Below, in pieces: positions 8,647 through 17,590 of a DNA stretch of 32,000 nt. Position numbers and translations under genes: made by a program. The stretch spans positions 1,740,001 through 1,772,000 of the forward strand of contig NZ_CP045650.1 in the NCBI RefSeq assembly GCF_009557235.1. The letters are read 5' to 3'. This DNA is from Acinetobacter wanghuae (GTDB taxonomy: Bacteria > Pseudomonadota > Gammaproteobacteria > Pseudomonadales > Moraxellaceae). The number at the start of each line of letters is the position of its first letter. Within the stretch, counting starts at the first letter, position 1. The notes beneath the pieces were generated by a model. That model had not been told where the DNA came from, ran no database searches, and saw only the letters and a program-made list of their open reading frames with translations.

Positions 8647-9417
8647 TTAACGTTGATTATAAATCGCTTGAGCAGCAGGTAAGTTTTTACGCATGGCTTC
8701 AATACGTTGGCTATTTGATGGATGCGTCGACAAGAACGATGAACCACCTGAACCTGACAATTTATTCATTTTTTCCCATAAGGTAATCGCCGCTTGTGGG
8801 TTATAACCTGCACGCGCCATAAGCATTAAACCGCCTTGATCGGCACGGCTCTCAAGATTACGTGAGTAAGGCAGACCAATACCGATTTGACTACCCAATT
8901 GTGCTGCCGCTGTTGCACCTTGACCCGCACCTGCCGCACTTAAGCCAATACCAATCGCAAGATCCGTTAACGCCTGCGCACCCACTTTTTGTTTTGAGTG
9001 TTCTTCAAGGGCATGTACCATTTCATGTCCCATCACTGCTGCAATTTCTGCATCGGTGAGGTTGAGTTTATTGACAATACCTGTATATACAACCACTTTA
9101 CCGCCTGGTGCAACATAAGCATTCACTTGATCTGACTTCAATACAGCCAGCTGCCACGCAAATTTAGTACCTGTTTGGTTCATCTGATCGGCATAGGGGC
9201 GTAGCTTGTTAAATACTGCATTAACACGCTGATACGTCGCAGATGAAGTATCTAAGGTTTTATTACTACTTGCTTCCTGTACGGTTTTATTAAAGCCCTG
9301 TGCAGCGACATTGTTTAAAGTTGCGGTATCTGCACCTGCAATATCTGCAATGGTGGTACATCCTGATAGGGTCACTGTAGCGGCAGTCGCCATACATAAC
9401 ATCAATTTATTGTTCAT
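8647..9417 (-). CDS. loiP: M48 family zinc metalloprotease lipoprotein (LoiP/YggG-like), copy A
   Basis: Lipobox LSGC, HEMVHALEEH zinc motif, and conserved LPYSRNLESRAD and STHPS blocks. About 255 aa, like E. coli LoiP. Confidence 0.75.
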   Translation of the reverse strand: MNNKLMLCMATAATVTLSGCTTIADIAGADTATLNNVAAQGFNKTVQEASSNKTLDTSSATYQRVNAVFNKLRPYADQMNQTGTKFAWQLAVLKSDQVNAYVAPGGKVVVYTGIVNKLNLTDAEIAAVMGHEMVHALEEHSKQKVGAQALTDLAIGIGLSAAGAGQGATAAAQLGSQIGIGLPYSRNLESRADQGGLMLMARAGYNPQAAITLWEKMNKLSGSGGSSFLSTHPSNSQRIEAMRKNLPAAQAIYNQR

Positions 9418-9528
9418 TATCTATTTCTCCGCCCAAGTTTTTAGGCATATCAATTCACTAAATTATAAATTAAAAAGCAAGCATCTATACATGCTTAATC
9501 GCTGCATCTTGTTATTATTTATGTAAAT

Positions 9529-9837
9529 TTAAGCCATGAATTGAATCAATAACCAATAAAGCAAGCACAGAATATTCAGTACCAAATAAAAATGAGCCAC
9601 AGGTTCTATTTTTTGTTCAAGCGTGATGCTATTTCGTTTTACAAATAAAATGGCATTTTGAATGAGAATTAAAGGGACTAGTACACAAGCAACCGCGACG
9701 CTTAAACCGACTAAGGCATGATAAATCAGGTCAGGATTTTGGGTTTGGGCACGAATGATCAACATCGCAATGGTAGGCGCGCCACCCATTGCAAAGAGTA
9801 AGGAGTAGAACATCGTTCCTGAAATATTTTTCTGCAT
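9529..9837 (-). CDS. Small integral membrane protein (about 3 predicted TM helices), hypothetical
   Basis: The ORF lies between the two M48 genes on the same strand. Hydrophobic segments are FYSLLFAMGGAPTIAMLII, LVGLSVAVACVLVPLILI and FYLVLNILCLLYWLLI. Confidence 0.5.
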   Translation of the reverse strand: MQKNISGTMFYSLLFAMGGAPTIAMLIIRAQTQNPDLIYHALVGLSVAVACVLVPLILIQNAILFVKRNSITLEQKIEPVAHFYLVLNILCLLYWLLIQFMA

Positions 9838-9937
9838 CCTGCAGGCTCTTGATCTTTTATATTGTTTTTATTCTAACAAGCACCATGCAATTGCATAGTG
9901 CTGTGTTGTGCAACTTTAGTCGTGAGCCATTCAGCTA

Positions 9938-10717
9938 TTAACGCGCTTGGTATAATTTTTTAGCTTCAGGCATCATAGCTTGCAATGCGGCAATACGATC
10001 ATTATTACTCGGATGCGTTGACATAAATTTCACAATGGCATTATTACCACGTGAATCATTCGCATTCATTTTTTTCCATAAGGTGACAGCCGCTTCAGGG
10101 TTATAACCTGCTTTTGCCATCAGCATTAAACCGCCTTTATCAGCACGGCTTTCTAAATTACGCGAATACGGCAATCCAACCCCAAATTTACTACCCATAT
10201 CAATTGCTAAGGCACCGTAGCCGCCTAATGATGCACCCGCATATTGCTTCCCTACATTCACCGCTAAATCGGTAATCATTTGTGAACCAATTTTGCTTTT
10301 AGAATGCTCTTCTAAAGCATGAACCATTTCATGCCCCATGATCGCAGCCACTTCATCGTCAGTCAATTTTAAGGTTTCTACTATACCCGTATAGAACACT
10401 ACTTTGCCGCCCGGTGCAACGTAGGCGTTAATTTCATTGGATTTTAATACCGCCACTTGCCATTCAAATTTATGCCCTGTTTGATTGAGTTCATCGGCGT
10501 GATTTTTCATTTTTAAAAATACGCGATTGACTTTTTTATAGGTGGCAGATGTTGTATCTAATACTTTTTTGGTTTTCGCTTCATTTAACATTTGATTGTA
10601 GGTTTGCGTAGCACTCATATTTAATGATGCCGTATCTGCCCCTGAAAATTCCGCAATGGTTGCACATCCTGACAAACTCAACGCAAATCCTGCTGTCATC
10701 GCTATTTTCTTATACAT
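9938..10717 (-). CDS. M48 family zinc metalloprotease lipoprotein (LoiP/YggG-like), copy B
   Basis: Paralogue of copy A over its full length, with lipobox LSGC and an identical HEMVHALEEHSK block. The start is set at MYKKIAM (10717), which gives a normal lipoprotein signal peptide. Confidence 0.75.
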   Translation of the reverse strand: MYKKIAMTAGFALSLSGCATIAEFSGADTASLNMSATQTYNQMLNEAKTKKVLDTTSATYKKVNRVFLKMKNHADELNQTGHKFEWQVAVLKSNEINAYVAPGGKVVFYTGIVETLKLTDDEVAAIMGHEMVHALEEHSKSKIGSQMITDLAVNVGKQYAGASLGGYGALAIDMGSKFGVGLPYSRNLESRADKGGLMLMAKAGYNPEAAVTLWKKMNANDSRGNNAIVKFMSTHPSNNDRIAALQAMMPEAKKLYQAR

Positions 10718-10814
10718 ACCCCGATCCACCCTATTATTTAAATAAAAAACGCAATATAACAAAATAAAAAGTTATATCAATAGCATAAATTTACCAAATG
10801 TTATATTTAGGCAT

Positions 10815-10845
10815 AAAAAAGCCTCGCATAGAGCGAGGCTTTTTT
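10815..10845. terminator. Intrinsic terminator downstream of purA, symmetrical with A6/T6 flanks
   Basis: gcctcgc/gcgaggc stem with a 5-nt loop, flanked by A6 and T6. Confidence 0.8.
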
Positions 10846-10866
10846 CGATCAATTTAATGCAAAAAA

Positions 10867-12201
<1,335 letters not shown>

Positions 12202-12257
12202 TCATGCTGTTAAAGTTGAAAGCCTCGCCCGGTAAGATGAAGACCGAGCCAAGCAAT

Positions 12258-13424
12258 TTAAATCGTTGTTACTGTCCACTCACCGCCAACATTCACCAAC
12301 TGGTGGGTTGCATGCGGAACGGAACTAAAATTATCATTGCCAAGCAATTGAATTACGCTTAAACCTTGCGAACGTGCAGTTGCAATCGCAGCAACTAAGT
12401 CTGCCGCTGTACCTTTCGGTGCAACCACCGTTTGTAGGGTTTCAAATTTACCTGCGCTTAAAGCGTAAAGGTCAAAAGAGAAACCCGTTGCAGGACGTGC
12501 ACGACCAAAGTGCTCACCAATACCGTCATAACGCCCACCCTGTGCCAACGGCGCAGCACGGTTTGGTGCGTATACAGCGTACATCAGACCTGTATGATAA
12601 TGGTATGAACGTAATTCAACGACATCAATACCAATATGTAAATCAGGCCAGCGTGCTTGGATCGCGTTTTGAGTGCTTTGTACCGCTTCAAATGCTTGTT
12701 TAAATGCAGGATTATTTTGAACCTCTGCGCTTAAATGTGCTTTTAATGCATCCAAATCACTAGCATAACGACCTAGCGTATAGAAATCTTGACCAAAGTT
12801 CAGTGTTGCTGTGAATTCTTGTAACTCAGGCAGCGCTTTACGTTGGTATAAATCTGACAGTTGGTTTTCAGCCGCTTTGCTCAAACCTGCTTGAGCAACC
12901 AGACTACGGAACATACCCACATGACCTAAATCAAGATGAATACCCTCAGCTAAACCTGCGTCCTGAATCAGACTAATCATCAGATCAATCAATTCAACAT
13001 CGGCATCAATGCTGTCTGAACCAAATAATTCTGCACCTAACTGTAAAGGTGCGCGCGTGGTATTGAAACCTTGAGGTTTAGTATGTAAAACCGTGCCCGC
13101 ATAGCAATAACGAGCGACACCTTCAACTGGATGTACATGCGCATCGATACGTGCCACTTGCGGTGTCATATCGGCACGCACACCAAGTAAACGACCAGAT
13201 AACTGATCAATCACTTTGAAAGTGGCTAAGTCTAAATCTTGATTCGATTCTGAAAGAGAAGATAGAGATTCAATGTATTCAATGAATGGCGTGTACACCA
13301 ACTGATAACCTCGAGATGCGAGGAAATCCAGTGACTTACGGCGCAAAGACTCAATGACTTGCGCTTGTTCTGGTAATACATCAGCTACACCATCAGGTAA
13401 TAACCATGTCTCTGAAATGGGCAT
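12258..13424 (-). CDS. hisZ: ATP phosphoribosyltransferase regulatory subunit (HisRS paralogue)
   Basis: Class II aaRS-like core without an anticodon domain, about 388 aa, directly upstream of purA as in Pseudomonas and Acinetobacter. Confidence 0.85.
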   Translation of the reverse strand: MPISETWLLPDGVADVLPEQAQVIESLRRKSLDFLASRGYQLVYTPFIEYIESLSSLSESNQDLDLATFKVIDQLSGRLLGVRADMTPQVARIDAHVHPVEGVARYCYAGTVLHTKPQGFNTTRAPLQLGAELFGSDSIDADVELIDLMISLIQDAGLAEGIHLDLGHVGMFRSLVAQAGLSKAAENQLSDLYQRKALPELQEFTATLNFGQDFYTLGRYASDLDALKAHLSAEVQNNPAFKQAFEAVQSTQNAIQARWPDLHIGIDVVELRSYHYHTGLMYAVYAPNRAAPLAQGGRYDGIGEHFGRARPATGFSFDLYALSAGKFETLQTVVAPKGTAADLVAAIATARSQGLSVIQLLGNDNFSSVPHATHQLVNVGGEWTVTTI

Positions 13425-13466
13425 GTTGTAAACCTAAATTCTTGTCAGCGCGGAACATATCCGCAT

Positions 13467-13492
13467 AAAAAAATCGGGAACACACCCGATTT
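13467..13492 (-). terminator. Intrinsic-terminator-like hairpin 43-68 nt upstream of the hisZ start codon
   Basis: Minus strand reads atcggg-tgtgtt-cccgat followed by T7. A second small hairpin (gcgga/tccgc, 13450-13464) lies between it and the hisZ ATG. Confidence 0.5.
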
Positions 13493-13671
13493 CTCCTAGT
13501 TTAGCACGATAGTTTTGGCTGTGCATGGCAAATTTTATAATTTTGGACGGTTGAATAATTCAGCATCAAATCAATGCTCAATTTTTACGAAAAAAATAGC
13601 GATTTAAATTTAAACAAAACTCGAATTAGTCATACTATATTTTTCAATTTCAAGTAGTTAATTTTAACCAA

Positions 13672-14359
13672 ATGGTCAAAAAAATGCAGATCAAATTCCC
13701 CCTTAAATCACTTTGCTTGCTGAGTATTTTATTCGTTTATGGATGCAATCAGCCGAGTAGTAATGCATCAGCGCAAAATACCAACAAAGACCACAACCCT
13801 AGCCCACAAGCAGTTCAGGAAGAAAAAGTAGACATGCCTAAAGTCTGGCCTGAAGATGACACTATGAAAACAGGTACCGCCGTTCTTGGTTTTAAACTCG
13901 GCGACTCGACTTATGAATCCGTAACACGCACTTTGGCAGGCTGGGATGATTTAGGCACGAACAGCTACAGTCAAGGCAAAATGATTGCAACCAATGGTAA
14001 TGGCTATGGCATCGATGATTTAAAAAAAAGTGACTTATATTTTTAACAGCGATGATGCTTTACAAGCGGTTCTTGTGCACATTGATCACCGCGATAAAAT
14101 GGGTAATGAAAGCTTCAAAAAATTCAAAAGTTATATTGAAAAGCGCGGTTATAAACGTGTCAGTAATCAAGAACCTTTTGTTGGTGATCAATATGCTGAA
14201 TATGTGACGCCTACTGGCGACCATATTGAAATCAATGCACCACATATGAGTTTTGATTTGAATATTGATTACCAAACAGCGGCATTTATGAAAACCTTTA
14301 ACACACGACAACAGCAGCAAAAAATCGAGAAACGAAATACTGAAGCAGCACAATTCTAA
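13672..14359 (+). pseudogene. Lipoprotein gene split by a frameshift in an A8 homopolymer, read as ORFs 13672-14046 and 14030-14359
   Basis: The first ORF has a signal peptide and a lipobox-like VYGC. The second ORF is in the +1 frame, has no independent RBS or ATG (GTG only), and starts directly after the A8 run at 14022-14029. A7 would read through as ...GIDDLKKVTYIFNSDD... Confidence 0.6.
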
Positions 14360-14374
14360 GCTCAAAGTGTATTT

Positions 14375-14424
14375 AAAACAGATAGATTCAAGCACAGTAA
14401 GGTTTTCAATCTATCTGTTTTCTT
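14375..14424. terminator. Bidirectional terminator between the lipoprotein gene and the lrp-family gene
   Basis: 13-bp stem aaacagatagatt/aatctatctgttt with a 19-nt loop and an A-run/T-run. Confidence 0.7.
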
Positions 14425-14878
14425 AATATAAAGGTAAAGCGGTGGTGCTTTTCACTGTTTGTAACGGAATCTCAGTTTTGACGCTTTGAATACATGGTAT
14501 TTGCGTTAAATGATGAATTTGAAACTTACGATAAGCATCAAGGTCTGCCACAACAATTCTTAAAAAGAAATCACAATCCCCTGCCATGAGCTGACATTCC
14601 ACCACTTCAGACATATCTTGAATCGCATCAACGAATTGATCTACCACCGCGGCTTCTTGTGACTTTAGCCAAACTCGAGCAAATACCGTCAGCGCTAAAT
14701 TGACTTTTTGTGGATTCAGCAGTGCGACATATTTTTCAATGACACCATCATCTTCAAGCTGCTTCACACGACGCAAGCACGGTGATGCGGACAAACCCAC
14801 TCGCTGTGCAAGTTCATTATTTTGTAATTTTCCATGCTGTTGTAATTCATGCAAAATTCGTCGATCTAGATGATCCAT
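14423..14878 (-). CDS. Lrp/AsnC family transcriptional regulator
   Basis: N-terminal HTH (LDRRILHELQQHGKLQNNELAQRVGLSASPCLRRVKQLE) plus a RAM domain. It is divergent from azlCD, the classic azlB-azlCD arrangement. Confidence 0.85.
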   Translation of the reverse strand: MDHLDRRILHELQQHGKLQNNELAQRVGLSASPCLRRVKQLEDDGVIEKYVALLNPQKVNLALTVFARVWLKSQEAAVVDQFVDAIQDMSEVVECQLMAGDCDFFLRIVVADLDAYRKFQIHHLTQIPCIQSVKTEIPLQTVKSTTALPLY

Positions 14879-15023
14879 AAACCCTCGCTATTTAATATCC
14901 AATATTTATTATATTGAGCAATTTTATATTAACTATTTGCCTAAAAAGAGCAATAACAACAGAAAATAGCGCACTTTGCACCATAAAATATGCATTCTGC
15001 TTATCTATGCATCGTCGTTTATC

Positions 15024-15773
15024 ATGCTTTTGTTTAAGTCTCGCCCCGCCCTTCATGTAGCGCATCGTGATCTCGCTGAATTTCAGCGTGGCATGAAAGA
15101 TTCTATCCCGATGTTGCTCGGGATTATTCCCTTTGCCTTGGTCTTAGGCGCAACTGCGATGCAGAAAAATTTCAATCTGCTCGAAGTACCGTTGTTAACG
15201 AGTTTAAATTTTGCCGGTGGCTCTGAATTTGCCATTTTAGAAGTGTGGTCAAATCCGCCACATTTACTCATGCTGATGTTTGTGACTTTTTTAGTAAATA
15301 GTCGTCATCTGCTGATGGGTGCAAGTCTCGTGCCTTATTTAAAACACTTACCGAATCGTAAAGTTTTTCCTGCCCTCTTTTTTATGGTCGATGAAAGTTG
15401 GGCATTAGGGCTTAGAGATGCACAACAAAAACATGCACGACTGGGTGCGCGTGCAGCATTTAGCATGCACTATTATGCAGGTTTATGTTTTTGCTTATAT
15501 GTGATGTGGGTCGGCTTCACTAGCTTGGGTGCAGTCATTGGTCCGGTACTTGGGGATATCAACCGCTTTGGCTTTGATATGGCATTTCCTGCGGTGTTTT
15601 TGGTGTTACTCAAAAGTATGTGGAAAGGCTTTGCCGCGGCGCGTCCTTGGTTAGTGAGCTTGGTTTGCGCTGCATTAGCATATCTGTATTTGCCCGCAGG
15701 TTGGTATGTGCCGATTGGCGCGCTCTCTGGTATTGCATCTGCTTTTTTCTTCATTCAGGAACATGACGCATGA
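15024..15773 (+). CDS. azlC: AzlC family branched-chain amino acid exporter subunit
   Basis: Multi-TM protein with the AzlC-type N-terminus (G.KDSIPMLLGIIPFALVLG). It overlaps azlD by ATGA. The start is placed at ATG 15024 rather than the upstream TTG. Confidence 0.75.
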   Translation: MLLFKSRPALHVAHRDLAEFQRGMKDSIPMLLGIIPFALVLGATAMQKNFNLLEVPLLTSLNFAGGSEFAILEVWSNPPHLLMLMFVTFLVNSRHLLMGASLVPYLKHLPNRKVFPALFFMVDESWALGLRDAQQKHARLGARAAFSMHYYAGLCFCLYVMWVGFTSLGAVIGPVLGDINRFGFDMAFPAVFLVLLKSMWKGFAAARPWLVSLVCAALAYLYLPAGWYVPIGALSGIASAFFFIQEHDA

Positions 15774-16069
15774 TTGAAATGAGCACCTTCATTGCGATTT
15801 TATGTATCGCAGCGACCACCTATTTAACTCGAATTTTGGGCTATATCTTACTAAAAAATAAAACGCTGACGACACGACAACGTCAAATTTTGGAAGTCGT
15901 TCCCGGCTGTGTGTTAATTTCCGTAATCGCGCCCTATTTTGTACATGATAATCCTGCGGATCTGATTGCACTGGCATTGACATTATTTGCCGCAAGTCGC
16001 TTCGGCTTACTGCCGACTGTTGCAATCAGCATGGCATCAGCCGCGATTTTAAGATGGGTCTTGGTCTAA
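15770..16069 (+). CDS. azlD: AzlD family branched-chain amino acid transport protein
   Basis: 99-aa hydrophobic protein, translationally coupled to azlC. Confidence 0.75.
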   Translation: MIEMSTFIAILCIAATTYLTRILGYILLKNKTLTTRQRQILEVVPGCVLISVIAPYFVHDNPADLIALALTLFAASRFGLLPTVAISMASAAILRWVLV

Positions 16070-16102
16070 AAAAGCTAAAAAAGCTAAAAAAGCTAAAAAA
16101 GA
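16067..16102. repeat. 9-bp tandem repeat TAAAAAAGC: 3 perfect copies plus 1 copy matching 8/9
   Basis: Read directly from the sequence. The first unit starts with the azlD TAA stop codon. The array runs into the terminator hairpin. Confidence 0.9.
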
Positions 16103-16131
16103 AAGGCATGATGATTATGCCTTTTCTTTTT
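16102..16131. terminator. Bidirectional terminator between azlD and the convergent 100-aa gene
   Basis: aaaggcat/atgccttt 8-bp stem with a 7-nt loop. It is T-rich downstream and A-rich upstream. Confidence 0.75.
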
Positions 16132-16143
16132 CATAAAATTAAA

Positions 16144-16446
16144 TTACTTTTTTCCATCTACCGCTTGTGCAATCAACGCTACAAGCTCTGCATTTTGTAA
16201 TTCGACTTGTTGCAACTTCTGCGTAGTTTGATCCAACACTTCTTGCTGAACATGCATTTTTTTAGCTAAATCTTGCATAATTTCTAAGGTCTTTTTTAAG
16301 TTTTCCTCAAGATTCAGTACATTTTTTTCAAGCTGCTGAATTTTGATGGTATCAAACTGTTCACCCTCACCTTTAAACTGCAACCAAATCAGAAAAATCA
16401 CAGCAGCTGCTAATAAAAAGATGAATCCCCACATCACAATAAGCAT
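16144..16446 (-). CDS. Hypothetical single-pass membrane protein with a coiled-coil tail
   Basis: N-terminal TM helix (WGFIFLLAAAVIFLIWL) followed by a Q/E/L/K-rich heptad-like sequence. Confidence 0.5.
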   Translation of the reverse strand: MLIVMWGFIFLLAAAVIFLIWLQFKGEGEQFDTIKIQQLEKNVLNLEENLKKTLEIMQDLAKKMHVQQEVLDQTTQKLQQVELQNAELVALIAQAVDGKK

Positions 16447-16617
16447 AATTACTTTACTCTTTTCTTATTTATGCCAACATCTTACCTGAAAGCCCAACAC
16501 AATAAAGTGAAAAACATGCAAATGCATTTCCGATGCCTATAAGAAACATTGCATTGGATACCAAGCTTTCATATCTCAAGATATCTTCATCTGGATATAG
16601 CGATATCTTGTTAAATA

Positions 16618-17590
16618 ACCCGAATCGCGGATAAGAAATTAACTTGAAAAATAGAAGGACTAGAGCCATCAGTTGAGTTACCACACAAAACTTAAAACTC
16701 TAGTCCCGATGTTTAATAGTACCGAATTATTTTGCTTAATTGATGATTTCTTTCTTAAATTTGAAGCAACCTACTGGAATTTTCTTAAGCAAAGTAATCG
16801 TTCCTTAAGAATCAGAACTGCTCATTTAACCATTTCAGAAATCTGTTTTATCGTTATTTGGTACAAATGTTCTCATTTCAATAATTTCAAAGCATTTTTC
16901 ATTTGGTTAAAAGAAGATAAAAACCATTTATTTAAGTATTTGCCTTGCTATCAAAGGATGATTCATCTGATCAATATGCACCAATTGGCTCTACACGCTT
17001 TACATGTGGTGCTGATGAAAGACCAAGGTACACAATATTTATGGATTGATTCAACAACTCTGCCAGTTTGTAAAAATCAACGTATTCAACGCCATAAATC
17101 TTTAGCTAAAATTGCATCTCGTGGTAAAAGTTCAATGGGCTGGTTTTATGGCTGTAAATTGCACATTGCAATGAACCAATTTGGTGAAATTGCTTGTTCT
17201 GCTTTATCGAATGGACATGTTGCTGACATAAAAATGGTTGAGAGACTCGTTAAAGAGGTGGAAGCAAAGTTGTATGGAGATCGTGGCTATATTAGTCAAG
17301 AACTGAAGATTAGATTAAAAGAGCAAGGCATTGATTTAATTACCTATCATCGAAAAAATATGCAGGCTACACAACTTTCTGAGTCAGATAAATATCACTT
17401 AAAACAGCGTAATAAGATAGAGACTTTATTCAGTTTATTGAAAGGTCAGTACAATTTAGTGACAAGCAAAGCACGTAGTGTTCATGGATTTCTAGGAGGG
17501 ATTTACGCGTCCTTGTGTGCATATCAACTGATCCATAAAAATAAGCCAACAATTCAAATTATGGAGTCATCGGCTTAAACAGGATTCGGA
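16618..17590 (+). mobile_element. Complete IS982-family insertion sequence, about 973 bp, with imperfect terminal inverted repeats and a 7-bp target-site duplication
   Basis: IRL is acccgaatcgcggataag (16618-16635). The reverse complement of IRR is tccgaatcctgtttaag (17574-17590). About 12 of 18 positions match, with one gap. TTAAATA occurs directly outside both ends (16611-16617 and 17591-17597). There is a single DDE transposase ORF. The boundaries are uncertain by 1-2 nt. Confidence 0.8.
16709..17578 (+). CDS. IS982-family DDE transposase
   Basis: N-terminal ELFCLIDDFF motif, then WIDSTTLPVC...GCKLH...YGDRGYIS...RNKIETLFS blocks typical of IS982/IS4-type DDE transposases. 289 aa from ATG 16709. 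Confidence 0.85.
   Translation: MFNSTELFCLIDDFFLKFEATYWNFLKQSNRSLRIRTAHLTISEICFIVIWYKCSHFNNFKAFFIWLKEDKNHLFKYLPCYQRMIHLINMHQLALHALHVVLMKDQGTQYLWIDSTTLPVCKNQRIQRHKSLAKIASRGKSSMGWFYGCKLHIAMNQFGEIACSALSNGHVADIKMVERLVKEVEAKLYGDRGYISQELKIRLKEQGIDLITYHRKNMQATQLSESDKYHLKQRNKIETLFSLLKGQYNLVTSKARSVHGFLGGIYASLCAYQLIHKNKPTIQIMESSA

Noticed and set aside
8358-8786. 142-aa plus-strand ORF spanning the end of the HExxH gene, the convergent terminator and the 3' end of M48 copy A.
   Set aside because: It crosses a terminator hairpin and overlaps two better-supported genes in other frames. No supporting motif.
16067-16102. Short tandem repeat considered as a possible CRISPR-like array.
   Set aside because: The units are 9 bp and directly abutting, with no spacers, and there are no cas genes in the window. 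It is a microsatellite, not a CRISPR.
16469-16684. 71-aa ORF on the minus strand between the IS and the 100-aa gene.
   Set aside because: Its first 22 codons, including the start, lie inside the left end of the IS982-family element. It is therefore a hybrid reading frame created by the insertion. The native part has no start before a 26-codon remnant. It is noted under the IS finding, not called as a gene.
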